A stretch of DNA of 25,539 bases. Origin: Nitrospinaceae bacterium. GTDB lineage: Bacteria > Nitrospinota > Nitrospinia > Nitrospinales > VA-1. How positions within the stretch are numbered: position 1 is the first letter of the stretch; each line of letters begins with the position of its first letter. The position numbers and the translations under genes were made by a program. The stretch lies in contig JBHHVU010000046.1 of NCBI GenBank assembly GCA_046754465.1, positions 1 to 25,539 on the forward strand. Reading direction: 5' to 3'. The notes beneath the pieces were generated by a model. The model saw only the letters and a list, made by a program, of their open reading frames with translations, had not been told where the DNA came from and did not search any database. Shown here piece by piece: positions 1-8,599 of the stretch.

Positions 1-440
1 TTGGGTCGGAAGCAGACGTTACGATCGTACGTGGTACCATGCCAATGTATGGACTCAAATGAATCTGGAATAAGAACGAACATACCAATCATATAGTAAC
101 AAAAAGCTACTCTAATTTCTGACGCACTAACCTAATCTAAATTTACTTTTTTTGGGGCATCCCCCGGTTTCTGATTTCCCAATAGCTAAGACAATGGGGG
201 GGATTCGAAACTTGAAACTTGGAACGGGTTGAACTGGATCTCAGGATGAGGCTAGTGTATTGGGGTTTGGTTTAAAATTTGATTTTGGGTGGGGGGAATA
301 TAGACATGAAGTTCTCTCCTCCCAAAAATCTATCTAATCTTCCCTTAATTTTAACAATAAAGTGTGATTTCTGTCCTGACTTATTGCTGACTTTAACGAA
401 CAAAGGGCCAGGCCAATAAGACCTAACCCCTTGTTTTATA
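1..440. mobile_element. Possible end (att arm) of a genomic island integrated at the tRNA-Pro 3' end
   Basis: Visibly AT-richer than the rest of the window, with no credible ORF. Abuts the tRNA CCA end. Contains tandem CTGACTT direct repeats (376-382, 387-393) resembling tyrosine-integrase arm sites. No integrase in the window. Confidence 0.35.
399..435 (-). terminator. Hairpin immediately downstream of tRNA-Pro (probable terminator / att-associated inverted repeat)
   Basis: Minus-strand RNA AACAAGGGGUUAGG-N9-CCUGGCCCUUUGUU forms a 14-bp stem with G-U pairs and a U-rich 3' arm. Confidence 0.55.
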
Positions 441-518
441 TGGTCGGGACGAGAGGATTTGAACCTCCGACCACTTGACCCCCAGTCAAGTGCGCTAGCC
501 AGGCTGCGCCACGTCCCG
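441..518 (-). tRNA. tRNA-Pro (anticodon GGG), CCA encoded
   Basis: Reverse complement CGGGACGTGGCGCAGCCTGGCTAGCGCACTTGACTGGGGGTCAAGTGGTCGGAGGTTCAAATCCTCTCGTCCCGACCA: acceptor stem CGGGACG/CGTCCCG, anticodon arm CTTGA-CTGGGGG-TCAAG, T-loop TTCAAAT. Confidence 0.97.
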
Positions 519-635
519 TTGTCTTTTTCTTGGAAAGTCTGGTTTCCGCCCTGGCCCAAAAATTCTGTTTCAGCTTGTTCCGTTGGATGCGCCCCGTGTC
601 AGGATCTCAAGGGCTCTCCGGCCAAGCTTGTATCA

Positions 636-664
636 AAAATAGTTGATCCGGGATGGGATGTCAA
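636..664 (-). promoter_or_regulatory. Sigma70-type promoter for tRNA-Pro
   Basis: Minus strand TTGACA-17 nt-TATTTT about 120 nt upstream of the tRNA. Confidence 0.6.
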
Positions 665-886
665 TAAAATAGGCGGTCTTTTGAGGGGCGTTCTCAATGG
701 GGTTTGCAGGGCCTGTGTAATGTGTTAAAATTCTTTAACCTTATGTTTTCACATTATTTTTTCGTGCCTTGGAGTTGTGGCGGCGGGTGTTCCGTGCCGT
801 GGCGGCAGGCGCTTTTTAATGTGGATTTCTCTTAGCTTGCTTGAGTCCCGGGGAAATTCCGGGCATTTTAAAACCAGGGGAGGGAT

Positions 887-1204
887 ATGAAGGTCGTCAA
901 GGTTCGGGACGCTATTGATTTCAACCCGGAAAAGTTGAAAAAGGTCAGTCTTTTCGATACGGACAATTTCTTTTGTGATGTATATTGTTTTGAACCCGGT
1001 CAGTCGCAGAAGATCCATTCTCACGCCGGTTCCGACAAGGTTTACTATGTTCTGGAGGGCCGGGGCAAGGTGACCGTTGGGTCCGAGGAACGGGAACTGG
1101 GTCCCGATGAAATCACTCTGGCTCCTACCGGGCAGGACCACGGGGTGATAAACCATACCGGTGAAAAACTGGTGATTCTGGTTTTCATGGCTCCCAAACC
1201 GTAA
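887..1204 (+). CDS. Cupin domain protein (single cupin barrel)
   Basis: PGQSQKIHSH...YYVLEGRG and APTGQDHGVIN match the two cupin motifs; GGAGG-like RBS before the ATG. Confidence 0.9.
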   Translation: MKVVKVRDAIDFNPEKLKKVSLFDTDNFFCDVYCFEPGQSQKIHSHAGSDKVYYVLEGRGKVTVGSEERELGPDEITLAPTGQDHGVINHTGEKLVILVFMAPKP

Positions 1205-1261
1205 CCCGCCGCTGCCTGGGTCCGCGATGGGGCCCGAGTTGCCGATAAGGGAATTATTCTC

Positions 1262-3043
1262 ATGATTTATTTGGTATTTCCGTCTTCCTGGCATCCTTCC
1301 CAGCCTTATTTGAGCTTGCCCAGTCTCAAGGCGTTTTTAGCCCAGAATGGCATCCATGACGTGGTGCAGCGCGACTTGGCGATCGAGTTTCTGGATCATT
1401 TGTGCTCTTGGGAGAAAACGAAACCGCTTTATGAGAGGATCATCCGGGAACTGAACGAGATGGGTTCGAAACCCAGGCATTCCCAGTTCGAGCGGGAGAA
1501 ATACGCCAAACTTCTGGAAGCGGAAGAGATCATCCCCGCCCTCAAGGATCAAATCGACGGAGCCGCGGGGTCCCTGAGAAGTGAGGAGTTTTACGATCTT
1601 GACCGGTACATGGAAAGTCTCAAGATCATCGACGTGTGGCTCGACAGCATTCTGGCCCCTTATTATCCGTCGCAACTAACGGTGATTGGCAGCCAGCTTC
1701 GTTATTCTCCTTATTCCTCGGCAGAAATCCTGGAGTCGTTCAAAAATCCAGGTGAAAACTATTTCTACGACCTCTATAAAGAATGGTACCTGCCCTCGAT
1801 TTTGTCCGAGGACATCGATCTCCTGGGCATCTCCATCACCTCGGTCGAGCAGATCATCCCGGGCCTCACCCTGGCACACCTGGTCAAGCAGAATCGTAAG
1901 GACCTGCATATCACAGTCGGGGGCAGCGTGTTCACCAAACTGGTGGACCGCATGGAGCGGGATGGATCGCCGTTGTTCGACTTCGTCGACAGTTTCATCG
2001 TGCATGAAGGGGAGACGCCGCTGCTTCGGCTCGTCCAGGAATTGCGCGGGGGAGGTGATTTAACGAAAGTGCCCAACCTCGTCTACGAGGCCGAGGGCAA
2101 GGTTCAAGTCAACCGGCCTTTTGCCAAGGAGGAGTTGAACGCCCTGCCGACTCCCGATTTTGACGGCTTTCCCCTGGAACTTTACTTTTCCCCGGAGCGG
2201 GTGCTTCCCCTGATGGGGTCCCGCGGCTGCTACTGGGAACGGTGCGCCTTTTGTTCCATTCCCTTCGACCATATGGATTTCCATGTCCGCTATGCTGAAA
2301 ATGTGGTCAATGATGTGAAAAATCTCCAGATGAAATACAACTGTAATTATTTTTTCTTCACGGATGAAGCGCTGCCGATCAATTTCATGAAAACGTTCGC
2401 GTCGAAAATCGTGGATCAGGAAATCGACATCCAATGGACCGGAGAACTCAAGTTTGAGAAAAGCCTGCTCAAGGAAAACCGCATGGAACTGTTGTACCGG
2501 TCGGGATGCCGGAAGTTGATTTTCGGGCTGGAGTCGTATAACCAGCGGGTCCTGGACGCGATGAAGAAGGGCGTGCAACTGGAGGTGGTGGACAAGACCG
2601 TGGAAGAGTGCCTGCGCATCGGCATTGCCATGCATTTTTACCTGATTTGCGGGTTCCCCACGGAAACGCGGGACGAGGTGATGGACTCGGTGAACTTTGT
2701 CTTGAACAACCCCGCGCTACTCGATTCGCCCGGGTTTTCCTGCATCGCCTCCCAGTTTGATTTGGAAAAAGGCACGCCCATCGAAAAGAATCCGGCCGAA
2801 TGGAACATCACCCGCATCTTCACCCCGCCACAGCACGATCTCAGCCTTGGATATTCCTATGAAGGCACCGTGGGCATGACCGACGATGAAGCGACGGAAA
2901 TGTACCAGGAGATCATCGAAAAACTCGGCCGGGAAGTGAAAACCTTTCCCGATAACTATTCCCTATCAGACGGCCTGCTGTACCTGGGGCATCACCAAAA
3001 GGATACTATCCGCGAGCGGCTCAGCACCCTGGCTCCCGCCTGA
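1262..3043 (+). CDS. B12-binding-domain radical SAM protein (class B-like)
   Basis: SRGCYWERCAFC (CxxxCxxC), cobalamin-binding-type segment LLGISITS...ITVGGS...HEGETPL, downstream FFFTDE, FGLES and ICGFPTET motifs. Confidence 0.9.
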   Translation: MIYLVFPSSWHPSQPYLSLPSLKAFLAQNGIHDVVQRDLAIEFLDHLCSWEKTKPLYERIIRELNEMGSKPRHSQFEREKYAKLLEAEEIIPALKDQIDGAAGSLRSEEFYDLDRYMESLKIIDVWLDSILAPYYPSQLTVIGSQLRYSPYSSAEILESFKNPGENYFYDLYKEWYLPSILSEDIDLLGISITSVEQIIPGLTLAHLVKQNRKDLHITVGGSVFTKLVDRMERDGSPLFDFVDSFIVHEGETPLLRLVQELRGGGDLTKVPNLVYEAEGKVQVNRPFAKEELNALPTPDFDGFPLELYFSPERVLPLMGSRGCYWERCAFCSIPFDHMDFHVRYAENVVNDVKNLQMKYNCNYFFFTDEALPINFMKTFASKIVDQEIDIQWTGELKFEKSLLKENRMELLYRSGCRKLIFGLESYNQRVLDAMKKGVQLEVVDKTVEECLRIGIAMHFYLICGFPTETRDEVMDSVNFVLNNPALLDSPGFSCIASQFDLEKGTPIEKNPAEWNITRIFTPPQHDLSLGYSYEGTVGMTDDEATEMYQEIIEKLGREVKTFPDNYSLSDGLLYLGHHQKDTIRERLSTLAPA

Positions 3044-3131
3044 GAACCCCTGGAATATTCACCGAGTGTTTTTCCCCCATCCCCTTACCGCCTGGACCTT
3101 AGTATTTTCCCCTGAACCCGGTCAGAATTTT

Positions 3132-3308
3132 CTAATACCTTGAACCTTCGCTTTCTTTTTGGGAGGATTCTTTTTCGTATTGGGATTTTTGATCCTCGTA
3201 GGAACCCGGTTTTTTATCAGGCGGACGCGAGCATTGGGTTCCTGTTCCTCCGGTGGCCCCGGCACACAGGAAAATCATCAAAATCGCCAAAATAAACAAT
3301 CGTTTCAT
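3132..3308 (-). CDS. Small secreted hypothetical protein (58 aa from ATG 3308)
   Basis: MKRLFILAILMIFLCAGA signal-like N-terminus, GGGGTG RBS upstream, polar tail. Confidence 0.55.
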   Translation of the reverse strand: MKRLFILAILMIFLCAGATGGTGTQCSRPPDKKPGSYEDQKSQYEKESSQKESEGSRY

Positions 3309-3429
3309 ATAAATCACCCCGATGGATAGGAGAGGGCTCCCCTGTCATTGGGTTAAGGATGAATAAAGTATCTCACCCTCGGGTCGACCAGGGTCGGGGA
3401 ACCTTACAAAATTTAGATGATGAAATATC

Positions 3430-4251
3430 TCAAGGGGGTCCTTGAAAACGGTTCCCCAAAAGAAAAATTAAAAAAACCGCTCCAAAGGTACACACCAAGG
3501 TGGCTCCTGTGGGAAGGTCGAGGAAAAAGGAAAGCATGAGTCCCCCCAGGCTGGCGGTGATTCCCACGCAGGAACCCACGATAAATTGCCCGCGTAGGGA
3601 TCGAAACACCAGGGCGCCGCAGACCGCCGGAATAATTAGAAAAGTGAATACCAGAAAAATTCCAGCGGTCCGGACCGAAAAAATAATCACCAGGCCCAGG
3701 GTGCCATAAAACAGGAAATCCCAGGTGAAGGACGAGTCTCCTTTGAAGGGTGGCTTCTTATAAAATTCCGATTGGGACTCCATCCGGTTCCTCACAAACC
3801 AATGCACCAGGGCCACCCCAAGCACAACTCCAAAAAGTTTTAAAACCCCTTCCCAGCTCATCCAAAGGATGGACCCGTTCAACAGGGTTTTGATATGTTC
3901 CGCCCCGTGGGGTGCGTGGGTGACCAAAAGTAACGCCACCGACGCGGCCACAACGTATACGATTCCTATGATCGCTTCCTGTGGTACGCGCGCGGTCAAC
4001 GGCCGGGTGGCGGTGAAAAATAGCGCGCCGCCTATGACGAAGACCATGGAGAAGAGCAAGGATGCGCCCGAATCGGGATCGCGATCCAGGATAAACGCAA
4101 CAGTGGTTCCCAAAGCTGCCAGTTGGGCCAGTGACAAGTCGACAAACAGGATTTCTCTTTTTAGAACATGGATCCCGAAATACGTGTAGATGATGGACAG
4201 GATCAAACAGGCGGCGCCGGGCGCCGCCATGATAGTCAGGAAATCGGTCAT
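3430..4251 (-). CDS. Mn/Zn/Fe ABC-type permease (ZnuB/ABC-3 family)
   Basis: Highly hydrophobic; GIHVLKREILFVDLSLAQLAALG, EAIIGIVY and DLPTGATLV motifs; follows a TroA-type binding protein. Confidence 0.9.
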   Translation of the reverse strand: MTDFLTIMAAPGAACLILSIIYTYFGIHVLKREILFVDLSLAQLAALGTTVAFILDRDPDSGASLLFSMVFVIGGALFFTATRPLTARVPQEAIIGIVYVVAASVALLLVTHAPHGAEHIKTLLNGSILWMSWEGVLKLFGVVLGVALVHWFVRNRMESQSEFYKKPPFKGDSSFTWDFLFYGTLGLVIIFSVRTAGIFLVFTFLIIPAVCGALVFRSLRGQFIVGSCVGITASLGGLMLSFFLDLPTGATLVCTFGAVFLIFLLGNRFQGPP

Positions 4252-4288
4252 GATCGTTCAGGCTCTCTTCAAATTAGGGTCGGGTTCC

Positions 4289-5215
4289 TCAAGGATTTGA
4301 AAGCCCATTCTCCAGGCTCGTCACCAAGGTATCGAATAGGGAGATGTAATCGGCGGCTTCCGCGGCACCCCCTACGGATACGGGCAGGCTCAAAACCACG
4401 GCGCCGGTTTTTTGAGCGAGCATGCCGGAGAATTTTGTTTCAAAATAATTTGCTTGAAGGATGACCCGGGTGTGTTGGTTTTTCATTAATTTAGCCAGGG
4501 TGGTCAAATGTCTTGGAGTCGGGGGGACCCCCGGGATGGGTTCGATCGTTCCCACCCGGGTGATGCCAAACCGTTTGAGGAAATAACTCCAGGTTTTATG
4601 ATAAGTCACCACCTTGGGGCTCCGGAACTTTTCCAGTCTCTTCTTCCATCCTTCAATCTTTTTTGTCAGCCGTTCAATGAAATGGCCGAGACGATCCCGG
4701 TAAGTTCCCGCGTTCTCTGCATCCAGATCTTCCAGGCGGTCCGCAATGGCTTGAGCCATGAACACGCCATTTTCAGGGTCCAGATGGTAATGCGGATTTC
4801 CCAGGGGATGGATGTCGCCCATCGACCGGTCGACCTCCCCTCGGGGAATTTCAAGGGGAAGGATGCTGGAGGAGAGATCGAGGTTCCCAGGCCGCCCCGG
4901 AAGCACCTTGAGATTGCGGCCCCCCTGAATCAATAAAGGCAGCCAGCCGATCTCCAACTCCAAACCCTGATAGATCAGTAGATCGGCACGATTCACTTTA
5001 AGCATGTAACTGGGCCGGGCTTCGATGTAATGGGCATCCTGGTACCCGCGCGCGATGGATTCCACCTTCACGAGATCTCCACCCACTTCTTTAACGAGGG
5101 CCGCGATATCCTGCGTGGTGGTGACCACCCTCAATTTTGCCGCGGCGGTACTTTCATTGATCCACAAGCAAAGAATCGAAATCGTAATAAGGGTCAAACA
5201 GGAATGGATTTTCAT
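4289..5215 (-). CDS. Metal ABC substrate-binding protein (TroA/ZnuA cluster A-I)
   Basis: Signal peptide; VVTT...QDAHYIE, GDIHPLGNPHYHLDP, VTYHKTWSYF and IEPIPGVPPTPRHL motifs. ATG 5215 has a GAGG RBS. Confidence 0.92.
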   Translation of the reverse strand: MKIHSCLTLITISILCLWINESTAAAKLRVVTTTQDIAALVKEVGGDLVKVESIARGYQDAHYIEARPSYMLKVNRADLLIYQGLELEIGWLPLLIQGGRNLKVLPGRPGNLDLSSSILPLEIPRGEVDRSMGDIHPLGNPHYHLDPENGVFMAQAIADRLEDLDAENAGTYRDRLGHFIERLTKKIEGWKKRLEKFRSPKVVTYHKTWSYFLKRFGITRVGTIEPIPGVPPTPRHLTTLAKLMKNQHTRVILQANYFETKFSGMLAQKTGAVVLSLPVSVGGAAEAADYISLFDTLVTSLENGLSNP

Positions 5216-5283
5216 GGTTGTCCTCGGCGGCAAACAGGGTTCGATTTAAGTCATTGAATACCACTTCGACCGAAGGTTTTTAC

Positions 5284-6471
5284 TCAATACGAGTGGGCCG
5301 GGTGAGATCCGAATGTGAAATTGAGTTGCAGCAAAACCTGATGCTCACTGGCTTCCTGGAACTGGTCGAGGTAGTTGTATTGAAGCCTGAGCGCGGAAAA
5401 TTCACTGAGAACGAAAGCCAGCAGGGCGCTGTATCGATGTTTGTCCAACGCCTTTTCTCCCTTCGCTTTCCTGTCCCGCGGAATGGTGAAAAAGTCGTAA
5501 CGGGCCTGCACCCACCATCGCCGGGCAAACTGATACTGAAAAAAGGTATAGATTCCTTTTTTGTCCACCTCGCGCGACGAGTTGAGGAACTCCGACTGCC
5601 AAACAAGGGTCCGGTAGCGTTCCCGCCCGGCGGGCTTCCATTTGAAAGTCAGGTCGGCGCCAGATAATTGGGTCGCGTTGTAGGGGCCGGTGATGTTGTC
5701 ATTTCTGCCGTAGGCGAAGGAGCCGCCGAGTTCCAGGGTCAGTTCATCCGTCAGGTCCAGCAGGTTTTTTAAATGCGCGAGGTAGAGAAAATCATCGCTC
5801 AAGGGACCCTTGAACAGCGGGTTGTCCCCTTGCAGAAACTGAAAATTAAACTCCGAGAACCACGTTGTTGGAAGAAGAGCCGATAACCCTCCGCCGATCT
5901 CATTCAAACCATCCTTGCCGAGGATCTCTGCATTGATCAAGGGCGCGTCGATGAAAGGAAACTGGTGGGTATGCAGGAGATTGTGCTTTCCAAAGGGGGC
6001 GAAGAATTTTCCCGCTCTCAGCGCCAGATTGTTTATGACAAGAATATCCGCGATGAATTCTTCAATCTCGATTTTATCCACCTCTTCCAGGGAAAGGGTC
6101 AATTGCCCCTTCAGATACGTATCCACGACCGCCGCCAGCTGCAATTCCACTTCCTGAATCTTCAACCCGGTTTTGACCTTCCTGGCCGGGTCGTCCCTTC
6201 CTTCATTGACAAAAGTACCCAGGAGAAGCCCGTTTACGCTGATCGCGGGATTGAATTTCCGCGAAATGCCGGATGCGGTGGTGGAACCCCGGGAGGAGGT
6301 TTTTCCCGGCTCCCTCCGCGCCTGTTTGCCCGTGGTTTGGGATTCCAGCTTTTCGATTCTTTTTCTCAGTTCCTCAATTTGAGGATCCAAGTTTTGAGTT
6401 TCATCAGCCATCGTTTCCGTGACCGCCAGAAAAAATAGGAAAAGGATGAATGACATTTTCAAGGGTTTCAT
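5284..6471 (-). CDS. Outer-membrane beta-barrel protein associated with metal uptake
   Basis: Signal peptide, coiled coil, FNPAISVNG, amphipathic beta-strands, HTHQFPF, and a C-terminal LQLNFTFGSHPAHSY typical of OMPs found upstream of ZnuA-type genes. Confidence 0.75.
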   Translation of the reverse strand: MKPLKMSFILFLFFLAVTETMADETQNLDPQIEELRKRIEKLESQTTGKQARREPGKTSSRGSTTASGISRKFNPAISVNGLLLGTFVNEGRDDPARKVKTGLKIQEVELQLAAVVDTYLKGQLTLSLEEVDKIEIEEFIADILVINNLALRAGKFFAPFGKHNLLHTHQFPFIDAPLINAEILGKDGLNEIGGGLSALLPTTWFSEFNFQFLQGDNPLFKGPLSDDFLYLAHLKNLLDLTDELTLELGGSFAYGRNDNITGPYNATQLSGADLTFKWKPAGRERYRTLVWQSEFLNSSREVDKKGIYTFFQYQFARRWWVQARYDFFTIPRDRKAKGEKALDKHRYSALLAFVLSEFSALRLQYNYLDQFQEASEHQVLLQLNFTFGSHPAHSY

Positions 6472-6584
6472 AAAACCTCACCAGAAAATTTTCATGGAAT
6501 GATTGCCATGGGGAAAAACAGACTTGGCCTTAAGGTTTCACCTGGGCCTGATTCCCATGGGGATCAAAAAAATTTAGGGGGTTT

Positions 6585-6908
6585 TTATGAAAAAAAAGGA
6601 GGGCTCCGGCTGGAAAAATTCTGGAAGGAAGGCGGGGTGGTGACTTCCACCGTGACCTTAGGAAGGATTTGAGTGCATAGCGTAAATTCCAGTGGGGGCG
6701 GTTGAATGTTTAATACGGAGGCCGACTGGCTCCATTGGCAGGCGAAACAATCCTGATGCACCGGTTTGACGTCCAGGGCATGGGAGTGCAATAACGGCAA
6801 GAACGCAAAAAGTATCCCGAAACTTACGAGTATCAGGTAAACCGGGAAGCGCCGAACCGACTTTTGATTTCTTAAAATCATTTGATCGCCGATAGAAAAT
6901 TCATGCAT
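6585..6908 (-). CDS. DUF2946-like small protein / putative leader-arrest peptide
   Basis: Hydrophobic N-terminal helix, HSH...HQDCFAC, Pro-rich linker, C-terminal SRSPP. The start overlaps the upstream stop (TAATG); an alternative start at MILRNQ is possible. Confidence 0.65.
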   Translation of the reverse strand: MHEFSIGDQMILRNQKSVRRFPVYLILVSFGILFAFLPLLHSHALDVKPVHQDCFACQWSQSASVLNIQPPPLEFTLCTQILPKVTVEVTTPPSFQNFSSRSPPFFS

Positions 6909-7603
6909 TAAAACAGCGCCAAAATTCCAAACGGCAAGGCAAATGCCAGGATGATTAAAACAGCGTTCAGGATTTGAATCAATATTAAATTATCCGTGAT
7001 GGGGGATAAAACCATTTCCACCCCAACCCGGCGTACGGCGTGTTCGATGTCGCTTGACGTGATCTGGTTGGAAGGTTTTTTTGCCAATTCCTCCGCCACG
7101 TCGTCGAGGAAGAAAAATTTCAGGGCCTTGAGGATGGTTCCGAACAGGACACGCCCGGCCAGACCGGTTATACCCCTTTTGAGACGAAGCTTGGCACGGA
7201 AATCTTCTCCGATGTTGTCAAACTGGCGTGCCAGTTCTTCCTTGGGAATGGTTTTGCTGAATTTTGGGAACTTCGCAATAACTTCCCGTGTCAAAAGGTC
7301 GAGCAGGCCGTGCAGTCCGCCAACCATCTCCCGGAGTTTGTTACCGGCAATGTGGATCACCGAGGCGATCAACCCGTGAAAAACTCCGAACCCTCCATAC
7401 CAGAAAAATCCGCAAACCAGAATCAATGTTTCCAGCCAGGAAGGCCACTCCAAATCCGCGAGCCCTGTTTGTTGGAAGACGGCCAGGGCTGCCATTCCCA
7501 GGGCAAACCCCGCCAGGCTCAAAAGCGTCAGCTTTATGAAACTGCCGACGAACAGATCGGTAAAAAAGTCCCGCCAAAATTGCAGTAAATGTTCCTTGTC
7601 CAT
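6908..7603 (-). CDS. Hypothetical integral membrane protein
   Basis: Two N-terminal and one C-terminal hydrophobic segments; operon-like spacing. Confidence 0.75.
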   Translation of the reverse strand: MDKEHLLQFWRDFFTDLFVGSFIKLTLLSLAGFALGMAALAVFQQTGLADLEWPSWLETLILVCGFFWYGGFGVFHGLIASVIHIAGNKLREMVGGLHGLLDLLTREVIAKFPKFSKTIPKEELARQFDNIGEDFRAKLRLKRGITGLAGRVLFGTILKALKFFFLDDVAEELAKKPSNQITSSDIEHAVRRVGVEMVLSPITDNLILIQILNAVLIILAFALPFGILALF

Positions 7604-7695
7604 GGTGCCTGGCCCGGTCCCCTCTCGCGTATTTTTCCGGTTCAGGGAAAACGGGGAGAAGAATGTGATCGCTCCATTGATTTTCGGGAGGGGCG

Positions 7696-8571
7696 TCAGG
7701 TTTTTTGAGGCGCTTCGATCTTTATGGTGAGGATCAAATCCCCGCGCTTCCCATTTTTCCGGTAACCTTTTTCTTTGATCCGGAGCTTACCCCCTGGGGG
7801 AAAGTTGGGAGGAATACGGACCACGAGGTTTTCCGTCTCGTTTCCCACTTTGTAGGAAATTTTTTTCCGGGTTCCCGTCAGGGCCTCCGCCGGGGGAATG
7901 GCGATGGCCAATCCAAGGTTAAATCGTTGAAGCGTTTCGGAAGAGGGAGCGGATTTATGAAAAATCCCCTTGATGGATTCCACGAGGGGAGGGGATTTTT
8001 TATCCGTTTTCCCCTCTTCCGCCGGCGGATTTTCCCCCGCTTGCCGCATCCGGTTGTACGCCAGGATCGATGAGCCGACCATATGGGCGATCCTCAGCCC
8101 GTATCCGATTTTTCCCAGGGGACCGGGAATCATTCCGAGGATTCGGCTCAGGCCCCCAATCGCGCCACCGAAAAACATGGTCTCGAAAAACGAGTTGCCG
8201 GAACGGAACCCCGATCGGTTGAACTCACGGTTCAGTTCCTCGAATATTTCGCGGGCCGACCCCTCGCGGAACATGCCTTCAAAAATATCCTGTTGGGAAT
8301 ATCGGAATTGATGGGCCCCCGCCGCCCTCCCGGACAAGTGGGCGCCCCGGAACAGGTCATACTCCCGCCGTTTGGAAGGATCGATCAAAACCCCGTAGGC
8401 TTCGGAAATCTCCTTGAATTGGTCCTCGCTTTGGACATCGCCGGGATGGTGGTCAGGATGGTATTCCAGAGCGAGTTTCCGGTAGGCTTTTTTGATTTCC
8501 GGGGGGCCGGCGGTTTCCGGAATCCCGAGGATTTTATAATAATCTTTAAATTCCCGTGTCCGGGGACTCAT
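7696..8571 (-). CDS. DnaJ (J-domain) protein, CbpA-like, no zinc finger
   Basis: DYYKILG...IKKAYRKLALEYHPD...FKEISEAYGVL; C-terminal EALTGT...VRIPP...KLRIKEKG...GDLIL. Confidence 0.9.
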   Translation of the reverse strand: MSPRTREFKDYYKILGIPETAGPPEIKKAYRKLALEYHPDHHPGDVQSEDQFKEISEAYGVLIDPSKRREYDLFRGAHLSGRAAGAHQFRYSQQDIFEGMFREGSAREIFEELNREFNRSGFRSGNSFFETMFFGGAIGGLSRILGMIPGPLGKIGYGLRIAHMVGSSILAYNRMRQAGENPPAEEGKTDKKSPPLVESIKGIFHKSAPSSETLQRFNLGLAIAIPPAEALTGTRKKISYKVGNETENLVVRIPPNFPPGGKLRIKEKGYRKNGKRGDLILTIKIEAPQKT

Positions 8572-8599
8572 ACCCTATATCGTATCCTAATTTTTCCAA

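Noticed and set aside
550..626. Calling the tRNA leader a known riboswitch (glycine, TPP, Moco)
   Set aside because: Only fragments of each consensus are present and key conserved residues are missing; kept only as an unassigned structure.
272..728. ORFs 272-559 and 459-728
   Set aside because: They overlap the tRNA and its promoter; the translations are typical tRNA shadows.
1241..1248. GCCGATAA sigma28 -10 match before the radical SAM gene
   Set aside because: No TAAA/TCAAG -35 at the right spacing, and it is too close to the start codon.
6472..7000. Fur/Zur box for the metal operon
   Set aside because: No convincing AT-rich palindrome was found upstream of the leader or the OMP.
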